Source: Gemmatimonadaceae bacterium | GTDB lineage: Bacteria > Gemmatimonadota > Gemmatimonadetes > Gemmatimonadales > Gemmatimonadaceae | Assembly: GCA_025362035.1 (NCBI GenBank) | Contig: JANYIN010000051.1 | Coordinates: 6,016 to 70,015 of the forward strand | DNA: 64,000 nt | Reading direction: 5' to 3' | In this document: one piece after another, positions 18,839 through 27,861 of the stretch | Layout of the letters: every line of letters begins with the position of its first letter | Position numbering within the stretch: the first letter of the stretch is position 1 | Position numbers and translations under genes: made by a program | Notes under the pieces: generated by a model | What the model was told of the DNA's origin: nothing | The model's input: the letters and a program-made list of their open reading frames with translations, nothing else | The model's database searches: none

Positions 18839-20989
18839 ATGCTGTCCACCATGACGCGCGCCACCCGGTTGACCGCGCTCTTTGCGCTGATCTACGCGAT
18901 CTGTCATGCCATCGCGCTCAGCACGGGCACGTCCATCCCTTTGTCCGCGTCGGTTGCGCGCACCGCACTCAACGCCGTGCTCTGGTTTGCGATCACGCCG
19001 TGGATGCTCGGTGCTGTGCGCCGGTTCGCTCGGCCTGGCGCATGGTGCAGCATGTGGCAGGTCCTGGTGATACTGTGCGCGGCAGTCGGAGCGGGAGTCC
19101 TCCAGGCCAACGTGGCGGCCCGCCTTGGCATTCGCGATCCGGTCCCCGCCCTCGCCGGTGTGTTCTACTATCTCGACGTCAATCTCGCCGCCGCGGTGCT
19201 CGCAGCGGTCGTGCTGGAACTGCTCGCGCAGAACCGGGCGCTCGTCGCCCGCGACCGATGGCTCCTCGCACTCGACTCGCGACTCTCCGATGCGCGGTGC
19301 CGATTTCTTGCGCTTCAGCTTCAGCCGCACTTCCTGTTCAACGCGCTGAACATGGTGGTGGCCCTCGCGGCCGACGCGCCACGAGAGGCGTCGCGGATGT
19401 TGCGCAATCTACGCACGCTGCTCGTGGCCACGGCGAGCCGTTCCCGGATGCCATGGATTTCGCTTGCCGAGGAAGTCGAGGTACTGGACGCGTACCTCGC
19501 CATCCTCGGGGCGCGACACGCCGATGCGCTTCGTGTCGAGCGCCACGTGGATCCACGTGCGCTCGCCGCGTGCGTCCCCCCATTGATGCTGCAGCCGCTG
19601 CTCGAAAATGCCATCCGTCACGGGCTCCTGGCCGGCATGCAGCCCGCGGTGGTCGGGCTGACCATCGGCGTGGACGACGACCGACGCGTCCGGATCACGG
19701 TGTCCAATCCGCTGGCGACGCCGGCCTCGCGAGCGCCTGGGCTCGGAATCGGCCTGCGGAACACCCGCGAGCGGCTCGCGCGCTTTTTCCGTGACGACTT
19801 CGCCCTGACGCTCGACTTCGAAGCGGACCGCGCGGTCCTGACGGTGGTGATGCCCCGTCGCACGCGCGATGTGATGCCCGATCCGGTGTCGTCCACCGAC
19901 GGCGCCGCCTCGCCGAACGCGCGTCCTGCCACCTCCGGACAACGTCGCCTGTCGCAGCTGGTCGAATCGCCGCCAGCGTGGATCATCGCGATCGGCATTG
20001 TGCTCTTCTGGACGTCGGCATGGGTCTTCTGGGCGTACCAGATGTACTTCTACAGCCTCGTGCGAGGGTGGCAGAGTACATCGGTCTTCGACGGAAGCTG
20101 GGCCGACCTCGTGTCCGCGGTGGCGTGGATCGGACTTACGCCCGTCGTGCTCACGCTGGGAACACTTTTGCCCATCCGCGGACGCCAATGGGTGATGCGA
20201 GCCGTCGCGCACGCAGTCCTGTCGTTCATCGTATCGCTGCTGCAGGTGCGCATCATCATGGCAAGCGGGCAGCTCGGGTCGCGGACGCTGTTTCATCAAG
20301 CGAACTTCAACCCGATCGCACTCAACAGCGTGATCTATTTCCTGATCATCGCGCTGACGCACTATCGGGCCGCGTTCAAGTGGTTTCAGGAACGAGAGAC
20401 CGCCGAACGGCGCCTCGACGCCAAGCTCGCTCAGGCTCGCTGGCACGCGCTGGCGATGGAGTCGCAGCCGGCGTTGATCGCCACGGCGCTCGAGCGCATT
20501 GCCGCGCTGATGGACACGGAGCCTGACGTCGCCGAGGAGGAGGTGCTGGAGCTCGCCGATGCGCTGCGACTCCTGCTGCAGTCGAGCGAGCGTGAATCGG
20601 TCGGACCACGGGAGGCCCTTGAGACGCTCGATGCCGCGGTATCCCTTCGACACGCCGCGCGCGGCGATGCACCGCACGTGGCGGTCGCGACGCGGCTCGA
20701 CGAACAGATTCGTGTTGCACCGTCGGAACTGATCGCACAGATGCACGCGATGGTGATGCTACCCGGCGTCCTCGATATCGTGGTCGACTCCCCTGGCGAC
20801 GGCTTCACGGGCGCCTGTCTTCGCGTGACGGCGCTGCCAGGTGGCGCCAGCTTTGTCCTTCATGACTTGACGCGTGGCGCCAGGGCGGTCCTGTTCGGCG
20901 AGAGCGACGGTGAGCGGGCGACGCGCGCTGTTCCCCATGCCGCCGCGCCGTATCGCGATCTCACCGCTGGAGGCGTCAGAGTGGTGTGA
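18839..20989 (+). CDS. LytS/YehU-type sensor histidine kinase fused to a second, degenerate copy of itself
   Basis: Module 1 has TM helices, H-box 'LQLQPHFLFNALN', N-box 'LQPLLENAIRHG' and G-box 'GLGIGLRNTRERL'. Module 2 (from ~19950) has TM helices plus 'LAMESQPALIATALERIAAL', with Ala in place of the His. Confidence 0.85.
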   Translation: MLSTMTRATRLTALFALIYAICHAIALSTGTSIPLSASVARTALNAVLWFAITPWMLGAVRRFARPGAWCSMWQVLVILCAAVGAGVLQANVAARLGIRDPVPALAGVFYYLDVNLAAAVLAAVVLELLAQNRALVARDRWLLALDSRLSDARCRFLALQLQPHFLFNALNMVVALAADAPREASRMLRNLRTLLVATASRSRMPWISLAEEVEVLDAYLAILGARHADALRVERHVDPRALAACVPPLMLQPLLENAIRHGLLAGMQPAVVGLTIGVDDDRRVRITVSNPLATPASRAPGLGIGLRNTRERLARFFRDDFALTLDFEADRAVLTVVMPRRTRDVMPDPVSSTDGAASPNARPATSGQRRLSQLVESPPAWIIAIGIVLFWTSAWVFWAYQMYFYSLVRGWQSTSVFDGSWADLVSAVAWIGLTPVVLTLGTLLPIRGRQWVMRAVAHAVLSFIVSLLQVRIIMASGQLGSRTLFHQANFNPIALNSVIYFLIIALTHYRAAFKWFQERETAERRLDAKLAQARWHALAMESQPALIATALERIAALMDTEPDVAEEEVLELADALRLLLQSSERESVGPREALETLDAAVSLRHAARGDAPHVAVATRLDEQIRVAPSELIAQMHAMVMLPGVLDIVVDSPGDGFTGACLRVTALPGGASFVLHDLTRGARAVLFGESDGERATRAVPHAAAPYRDLTAGGVRVV

Positions 20990-21152
20990 GCATGTCTCTC
21001 CCGTCTGGTCCTCCGGCATACCCTGTATGTCGCCCGCGCCAATCAACATCATTCAAGCCGCCGGTCGTTGCGGCGCGTCACTTTCCTGTCCGGCGCGTCG
21101 CATATACTGCGATGGCAATCATCCGTCGCCCACACGTACAACCCTTCCCTGA

Positions 21153-23504
21153 ATGAAGTTCGCCCTCGCTGCAGCGCTCCTGTCCGCCGTGGTGCCACCC
21201 ATTCATCAACCAGGTTCGTCGCCCTATAGCGGCCGCAATGGAGAGCTGCACGTCCGTGTGCCGCGACTGGAGATGGATGCCGTGATCGACGGCACGCTCG
21301 ATGAGCCGGTTTGGGCGCAGGCGGCACGCCTCACCGGCTTCTCGCAATTCACGCCGCAGGACGGCATTCCGGCTGCCGATTCCACCGAAGTGCTCGTCTG
21401 GTATTCGCCGACGGCCATCTACTTCGGTATTCGCGCCTTCGAAGCTCATGGCTCGGTGCATGCCACGCACGCGGACCGCGACAAGATTGCCACTGATGAC
21501 AACGTCCAGATCTTTCTCGGCACCTTCAATGACCGCCGCCAGGCGTTCGTCTTTGGCGTCAACCCGTTCGGCGCTCAGATGGACGGAACGATCGTGGAGC
21601 AGGGACAAAGCGTCACCGCGACCTGGAGCGGCGCGGTGGCAGCCCGCGTCCAGCCCGACCTGAGTCAGGACTTCGTGTTCACCTCCAAAGGGCGACTCAC
21701 GGACTACGGCTACGAGGTAGAGGTGCGCATCCCCTTCAAGAGTCTCAAGTATCAGTCCATCGACGTGCAATCGTGGGACTTCAACGTAGCGCGCGACATC
21801 CAGCATTCGAGCAGTGAAGACACGTGGGCGCCTGCGAAGCGGGCGAACCCGTCCTTTCTGGGACAGGCGGGCACGCTGGATGACCTGCATGGCATCGCGC
21901 ATGATCTCGTGCTGGACGCCACGCCCGTCGTGACGCAGAAGACCGTCGGCGCTGCGGGGGCTGCGGGCTGGGCGTATGATCGCAGCAAACCGCAGTTCGG
22001 TGCCAGTGGGAGATGGGGTCTGACCACCAACCTGATGCTCAGCGGCACGGCGCACCCGGATTTCGCGGAGGTGGAGTCCGACGCTGGGGTCTTTGTCATC
22101 GACCCGCGCAACGCTCTGTTCTTCGCGGAAAAGCGTCCGTTCTTTCTCGATGGCGCCGAGCAGTTCACCGTGCCCGGCAATTTGATCTACACGCGACGCG
22201 TCGTCGAACCGTTGGGAGCGGTGAAGCTCAGCGGAAAGGCGCTCGGCACGACCATCGGTTTTCTGTCCGCCGTCGACGACCCCTCGCTGTCGCCCTCGGG
22301 GCACGACGACATCTACTACAACATGGTCCGGCTGCAACGAGACATCGGCGGGCAATCGCGCCTTGGCTTTGCCGCCACCAACCGTGAGGTCGGCGGCAGT
22401 TTCAACCGCGTGGCAGACATCGACAGTCGGCTCGTGTTCGGTGGGCTCTACAGTGCCAACCTCCAGTACGCGGGGAGCACCACGCGCCAGGGCGGAACGA
22501 CCACGGAGGGATCTCTCTGGAATCTCAACCTCAACGGAAGCGGCAAGACGTTCGGCTTCCGCTACCTCTTCGGTGGCTCGACACCGGATTTTCGCACGCA
22601 GAGCGGATTCATTTCGCGCGCCGGCATCACACACGCGCAAATCGACAATCGCTTCAGTTGGTTCGGGACTCGGGGCGCCGCCGTTGACGGTATCACACTC
22701 GATCTACTCTGGGACAACATCTGGACGACGTCCAACTTCGAGCGCCATGGTGACGCACAGGACAAGAAGTACCACGTGAGCCTCAACACCGCACTCCGCG
22801 GCGGATGGAGCATCGGTACGTCGGTGTACTGGGAAACCTTCGGCTTCGACGATCGCCTGTACGCCGGCTACCAGATCGAACGGCAGGTGGGCGCGGTCGT
22901 CGATACGGTGCCCTTCATCGGCACGCCGCGGATCATGAATCGCGATTACGTGTTGACGCTCGACACGCCGCGGTTCTCGACGTTCAGCGGAACCCTGCTC
23001 TATCTCTGGGGGCAGGACGAGAACTTCTTCGAGTGGGCACAGGCGAACATCCACTATATCTCGGCAACGCTGAACCTGCGTCCCACCGCGCGTCTGAGGG
23101 TGGACGGCTCCCTCGACTACCAGGATTATCTGCGCCGCACCGACGGCAGCATGGCGGGTCGGAACTTTATCCCACGCGTACGGGTCGAGTATCAACTCAC
23201 GCCAGCCGTATTCGTGCGCGCGGTCGGCGAAGTGGATGGCGCGGAAAACGACGACCTCCGCGACGAAAGTCGCACCCAATTCCCACTGATCATCAACGGG
23301 TCAAAGGCCCTGGCGAAGCGCACGAGGACGTTTGTCGGCGATCTCCTCTTCTCGTATCAGCCCGAGCCGGGCACGGTGATGTTCCTGGGATACGGCGCCG
23401 CGGCCGATGGCTTGCCCAGCCAGACGCAGCGATTCGCCTATCAGCCGCTCGTGCGTAACTCGGACCACTTCTTCCTCAAGTTCAGCCGCTTGCTGAGGAT
23501 GTAG
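21153..23504 (+). CDS. CBM9-like / DUF5916-type outer-membrane protein
   Basis: N-terminal 'IDGTLDEPVWAQAARLTGFSQFTPQDG...IYFGIRAFE' resembles carbohydrate-binding family 9. The long Gly/Tyr/Arg-rich remainder ending in an aromatic-rich C-terminus is typical of a beta-barrel. Confidence 0.6.
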   Translation: MKFALAAALLSAVVPPIHQPGSSPYSGRNGELHVRVPRLEMDAVIDGTLDEPVWAQAARLTGFSQFTPQDGIPAADSTEVLVWYSPTAIYFGIRAFEAHGSVHATHADRDKIATDDNVQIFLGTFNDRRQAFVFGVNPFGAQMDGTIVEQGQSVTATWSGAVAARVQPDLSQDFVFTSKGRLTDYGYEVEVRIPFKSLKYQSIDVQSWDFNVARDIQHSSSEDTWAPAKRANPSFLGQAGTLDDLHGIAHDLVLDATPVVTQKTVGAAGAAGWAYDRSKPQFGASGRWGLTTNLMLSGTAHPDFAEVESDAGVFVIDPRNALFFAEKRPFFLDGAEQFTVPGNLIYTRRVVEPLGAVKLSGKALGTTIGFLSAVDDPSLSPSGHDDIYYNMVRLQRDIGGQSRLGFAATNREVGGSFNRVADIDSRLVFGGLYSANLQYAGSTTRQGGTTTEGSLWNLNLNGSGKTFGFRYLFGGSTPDFRTQSGFISRAGITHAQIDNRFSWFGTRGAAVDGITLDLLWDNIWTTSNFERHGDAQDKKYHVSLNTALRGGWSIGTSVYWETFGFDDRLYAGYQIERQVGAVVDTVPFIGTPRIMNRDYVLTLDTPRFSTFSGTLLYLWGQDENFFEWAQANIHYISATLNLRPTARLRVDGSLDYQDYLRRTDGSMAGRNFIPRVRVEYQLTPAVFVRAVGEVDGAENDDLRDESRTQFPLIINGSKALAKRTRTFVGDLLFSYQPEPGTVMFLGYGAAADGLPSQTQRFAYQPLVRNSDHFFLKFSRLLRM

Positions 23505-23599
23505 CCATCACGGCGACGCATGGAACAGTCTGAAGATCCGTAGCGGCCACGACGCATCCGCCGAGGCGCGAAGCCGCGGGGCTATGCGAGGTGTCGCGT

Positions 23600-23944
23600 T
23601 CAGGAGCGCTTTTTCTCGCTCAGCGTCTCGCTGCTCGTCGGATGGTCCAGCCAGAGTCGGCGGTTGGGCTCCGCATCGCGCTGCACGGTCGCCGCGACTG
23701 ACTCGGCGTCAGCGGGGGCCACGTACGGCGAGCTCGTGAGGCCTGGTTCTCGCGATATCAGCGGACGCACAGCCAAGTCCGCAACGTGTCTGTTCCTGCG
23801 CTGCTCGAAGCGCAGATGCAGATTGGCCATCTTTTTCACCAGCTCGTCGAACTCGTCGGACTCCATATATGAACATGCTTTCCGCAATCGGCGGTAGATG
23901 TCGGTCCGGATCGATTCGAGGCGCGAAACGCGCGATTCTGCCAT
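23600..23944 (-). CDS. Hypothetical small protein (114 aa)
   Basis: Only an ORF, with a plausible helical N-terminus and no recognised domain. Divergent from hppD. Confidence 0.35.
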   Translation of the reverse strand: MAESRVSRLESIRTDIYRRLRKACSYMESDEFDELVKKMANLHLRFEQRRNRHVADLAVRPLISREPGLTSSPYVAPADAESVAATVQRDAEPNRRLWLDHPTSSETLSEKKRS

Positions 23945-24117
23945 GAATCAGAGACATTGCAGAAACCGCGCCCGAACTTGACGCGAAGCCCGAAGGCGCG
24001 CGGCAGCGACTGATCGATACTGGAATTACGAGGTATTGATCATATCATTCATCGAATGCCATGTCAGCAAGACTGGCGAGCGCGGCACGGTTCACCTTCC
24101 CTTCGATTACCGACATC

Positions 24118-25257
24118 ATGGCCATCTCCACGCTCGACGCTCCGGCCCCGACGAAGGACACGTTTCCCATCAACGGAACGGACTACATCGAGTTCTACGT
24201 GGGCAACGCCAAGCAGGCCTCGCACTACTACCGCGCGGCATTTGGCTTTCACCTTGTCGCGTATCGCGGCCCTGAAACCGGGTGCCGCGATCGGGCGAGC
24301 TACCTGCTGCAACAGGACAAGATCCGGTTCGTCCTCACCACGGCCATACGTCCCGACCTGAGCGACGACGCGCGGCGTATCGCGGACCACGTTCACCGCC
24401 ACGGCGATGGCGTGCGCGACATCGCGCTGTGGGTAGACGACGCGCGCGATGCTTTCGCGAAAGCGGTCGAGCGCGGCGCGGTCGCCGTGCAGCTACCCAC
24501 CGTCATGAGCGACGATCACGGCGAGATCGTGATCGCGTCGTTCCGGATCTATGGCGAAACAGTGCATTCGCTCGTGGAGCGGCGGAATTACAGCGGGCTG
24601 TTCATGCCCGGGTATCGCACCGTCACGCCGTACTTCGCGCCGCCGGCGGCCGGGTTGAAGTATGTGGACCACTGTGTCGGCAACGTGGAGCTTGGCAGGA
24701 TGAACCATTGGGTCGAGTTCTATTCTCACGTGCTCGGCTTCAGAAACCTGCTCACGTTCGACGACAAGACCATCAGCACCGAGTACTCGTCTCTGATGTC
24801 GAAGGTCATGGCCAACGGCAACGACCGGATCAAGTTTCCCATCAACGAACCGGCCAGCGGCAAACGCAAGTCGCAGATCGACGAGTACCTCGACTTCTAT
24901 CAGGGGCCCGGCGTACAACACATGGCGCTGGCCACGGACGACATCATCGCCACCGTCACCACGCTGCGCGACCGCGGGGTCGAGTTCCTCAGCGTGCCCA
25001 CGACCTATTACGACGAACTGCAAGGAAGGATCGGTAAAATCGATGAGCCCGTCGGCGACCTTGCGAAGCTGGGGATTCTCATCGACCGCGACCCGGACGG
25101 ATATCTGCTGCAGATCTTCACCAAGCCGGTGGAGGATCGACCCACGATCTTCTTCGAGATCATTCAGCGGAAAGGAGCGAAGAGCTTTGGCGCCGGCAAC
25201 TTCAAGGCGCTGTTCGAAGCCATCGAGAGGGAACAGGGGCTGCGCGGGAATCTCTAG
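24118..25257 (+). CDS. hppD: 4-hydroxyphenylpyruvate dioxygenase
   Basis: 'GVQHMALATDDIIATV', 'LLQIFTKPVEDRPTIFFEIIQRKGAKSFGAGNFKALFEAIEREQ'. Start taken at ATG 24118 (the ORF opens at 24061). Confidence 0.92.
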   Translation: MAISTLDAPAPTKDTFPINGTDYIEFYVGNAKQASHYYRAAFGFHLVAYRGPETGCRDRASYLLQQDKIRFVLTTAIRPDLSDDARRIADHVHRHGDGVRDIALWVDDARDAFAKAVERGAVAVQLPTVMSDDHGEIVIASFRIYGETVHSLVERRNYSGLFMPGYRTVTPYFAPPAAGLKYVDHCVGNVELGRMNHWVEFYSHVLGFRNLLTFDDKTISTEYSSLMSKVMANGNDRIKFPINEPASGKRKSQIDEYLDFYQGPGVQHMALATDDIIATVTTLRDRGVEFLSVPTTYYDELQGRIGKIDEPVGDLAKLGILIDRDPDGYLLQIFTKPVEDRPTIFFEIIQRKGAKSFGAGNFKALFEAIEREQGLRGNL

Positions 25258-25321
25258 CGTTCATGGCAATGCGCGGACACGGAGTACCGTAGCGACCGCC
25301 GTTCCCTTTGGAGGATGATCG

Positions 25322-26515
25322 ATGCCGTTCTACCACACGCTTGGCCGAATACCCAGGAAGAGACATATCGCCTTCCGGAAGCCGGATGGCGGCCTGTACG
25401 CTGAACAACTCGTGGGGCACGAGGGATTTACGGGAACCTCGGCGCTGCTGTACCACGTGCACCCGCCCACCACCGTGAAGTCCGTCAGGCGCCTAAAGGA
25501 GATCACGTACGAGGCGGACGCCGACCGCTCCCTCCACCATCGTCACTTTCGCACATCGCGCATTGCATCGGGGGGAAGCCCGACGCTCGACCGCATTCCC
25601 CTCCTGTTCAATCGCGATGTTGCGCTGCTCTATGTCGAGCCCAGCACTGCGGACGAGCATTTCTACCGGAATGCCCAAGGCGACGAAGTGGTCTACGTGG
25701 CGAAAGGGTCCGGCTCGCTCGAGACGCAGTACGGGCTGCTTCCGTTTGGCGAAGGCGACTATCTCGTCATTCACCGGGGCATTCTGCACCGGTACCGCTT
25801 TGCGGAGGGAAGTGAGCAAGCGAAGCTCCTGATCATCGAGAGCAAAGGCCACGTCCGGCCGCCGACGCGCTATCGCAACGAGTTCGGCCAGTTGATAGAG
25901 GGCGCACCCTATTCGGAGCGCGATCTTCGCGTGCCACGCGAACTCGTGACCAATGACGTTCGCGGCGATTTTCAGTTGCTCGTCAAGCAATACGACGGCA
26001 TCAACGAAATCATCCTCGATCACCATCCGCTCGACGTCATCGGCTGGGATGGCCAGTTCTATCCGTGGGCATTCAACATCCGCGACTTCGAGCCGATCGT
26101 GGGTCGCGTCCATCAGCCACCCCCCGTGCACCAAACCTTCCAGGGCGATGGATTCGTCATCTGCTCATTCTGCCCTCGACCGTACGATTTTCATCCGGAA
26201 GCGATCCCCGCTCCGTACAATCACAGCAACGTGGACTCCGATGAGGTGCTGTATTACGCCTCCAGCGAGTTCATGAGTCGCAAAGGCATCGAGTTCGGCT
26301 CCATTACACATCATCCGGACGGTATTCCCCACGGGCCGCATCCGGGGCGGGCAGAAGCCTCCATCGGCGCGAAATACACCGACGAACTCGCCGTGATGGT
26401 GGACACCTTCCGGCCGCTCATGGTGGCGAAGCAGGCCCGCGACATCGAAGACCCGAACTATCATCGTAGCTGGATAGACGCGCAGCACGACGCGTTCAGC
26501 CCGCCCACCAGCTGA
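25322..26515 (+). CDS. hmgA: Homogentisate 1,2-dioxygenase
   Basis: 'FYRNAQGDEVVYVAKGSGSLETQYG' and 'SITHHPDGIPHGPHPG' cupin blocks. Adjacent to hppD. Confidence 0.85.
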   Translation: MPFYHTLGRIPRKRHIAFRKPDGGLYAEQLVGHEGFTGTSALLYHVHPPTTVKSVRRLKEITYEADADRSLHHRHFRTSRIASGGSPTLDRIPLLFNRDVALLYVEPSTADEHFYRNAQGDEVVYVAKGSGSLETQYGLLPFGEGDYLVIHRGILHRYRFAEGSEQAKLLIIESKGHVRPPTRYRNEFGQLIEGAPYSERDLRVPRELVTNDVRGDFQLLVKQYDGINEIILDHHPLDVIGWDGQFYPWAFNIRDFEPIVGRVHQPPPVHQTFQGDGFVICSFCPRPYDFHPEAIPAPYNHSNVDSDEVLYYASSEFMSRKGIEFGSITHHPDGIPHGPHPGRAEASIGAKYTDELAVMVDTFRPLMVAKQARDIEDPNYHRSWIDAQHDAFSPPTS

Positions 26516-26543
26516 CGCCTCCGCTTTCACCCGTGCCGTACGC

Positions 26544-27380
26544 GTGAGCCTCCTCGCCTTCACCGCGTTCGTGGCGGTCGGCTCGTTCGGCGCGGGACTT
26601 CTTGGGTCCCTCACCGGTTTGGGTGGCGGCATGGTGGTGGTGCCCATGCTGACCGTCCTGTTTCACGTCGACTTGCGATACGCGATCGGCGCCTCACTCG
26701 TGTCCGTCATCGCAACATCCTCCGGCGCGGCCGCGGCGTACGTGCGTGAGGGATACACCAACGTGCGAGTGGGGATCTTCCTCGAAGTGGCCACCACTAC
26801 CGGCGCGCTCACGGGTGCGGCGGTGGCGGGGTTTGTCCCCACCAGCGCACTCGCCGTACTGTTCGGCCTCGTGCTCCTGTACACCGCGTTCCGTTCGCTG
26901 CAATCGGTGCAGGAGCATACGAGTACGCGGCCGTCGCACCCATGGGCAACGCGCCTGCGGTTGGACGGTACTTATCCCGCCGACGGCGCCATGCGTCCCT
27001 ACTCCGTGCAAGCCGTGCCGACCGGGTTCTTCCTCATGTTCGTCGCCGGCGTGCTGTCGGCGTTGTTGGGCATCGGTTCGGGCGCGATAAAGGTGCTGGC
27101 GATGGACCGCGTCATGCAGCTGCCCTTCAAGGTCTCCACGACGACCAGCAATTTCATGATCGGGGTAACGGCCGCCGCGAGCGCCGGAGTCTACCTGCAT
27201 CGTGGCTACATCGATCCTGCGATCGCCACGCCGGTCATGCTCGGCGTGCTGTTGGGAGCACTTCTGGGCGCGCGCATTCTTTCGCGCGCCCGAGTCACGT
27301 GGTTGCGGACCATCTTCACCGTGGTCGTGTGCGCACTGGCGGCGGAGATGCTCTACAAGGGCATTTCGGGGGCGCTGTGA
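26544..27380 (+). CDS. TauE/SafE-family anion (sulfite-type) exporter membrane protein
   Basis: ~8 TM helices with two 'G.GGG....P'-type repeats ('LTGLGGGMVVVPML', 'LLGIGSGAIKVLAM'). GTG start at 26544. Confidence 0.75.
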   Translation: MSLLAFTAFVAVGSFGAGLLGSLTGLGGGMVVVPMLTVLFHVDLRYAIGASLVSVIATSSGAAAAYVREGYTNVRVGIFLEVATTTGALTGAAVAGFVPTSALAVLFGLVLLYTAFRSLQSVQEHTSTRPSHPWATRLRLDGTYPADGAMRPYSVQAVPTGFFLMFVAGVLSALLGIGSGAIKVLAMDRVMQLPFKVSTTTSNFMIGVTAAASAGVYLHRGYIDPAIATPVMLGVLLGALLGARILSRARVTWLRTIFTVVVCALAAEMLYKGISGAL

Positions 27381-27763
27381 ACGCGCCGCGCTGGACGGAT
27401 CACGACGTCGAACAGGCCGTTGGCCGAGTGCTCCAGGTGGGCGTACTCGTGGCCGCCGCGGTCGCGATCGGCGGCGCGCTGGGGATGCTCGCGCAACACG
27501 CACGGCTGCCCGCGGACTTCCACGTGTTTCGTGGGGGCACCTCGCCACTCGGGTCGCTCCGAGCCATCGGGCGCGGCGCCGCCGCAGGCGATAGCCGCGC
27601 GATCGCTCAACTCGCGATCGTGCTGCTGATCGCCACGCCGGTTGCGCGTGTGGCACTCACCGTCGGCGCCTTCATTCTACAGCGCGACCGCCTGTACGCC
27701 GGGATGGCGACGCTGGTATTCGCTCTTCTGCTGTCCAGCCTGCTCTGGGGTGGCGGTAGGTAA
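27377..27763 (+). CDS. DUF1634-type small membrane protein (usual TauE partner)
   Basis: GTG 27377 overlaps the TauE stop (GTGA). 128 aa with 3 TM helices, 'VEQAVGRVLQVGVLVAAAVAIGG'. Not listed as its own ORF because it lies inside the 26942..27763 frame. Confidence 0.6.
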   Translation: MNAPRWTDHDVEQAVGRVLQVGVLVAAAVAIGGALGMLAQHARLPADFHVFRGGTSPLGSLRAIGRGAAAGDSRAIAQLAIVLLIATPVARVALTVGAFILQRDRLYAGMATLVFALLLSSLLWGGGR

Positions 27764-27861
27764 TTACCGGACTCAGCACTCCGGAGCATCCGCCGTCGCG
27801 GCATTAAACACGCATTGGTTCGTGATCCTACCGCACTCAGCGACCGTCACGGAGCCCTCGG

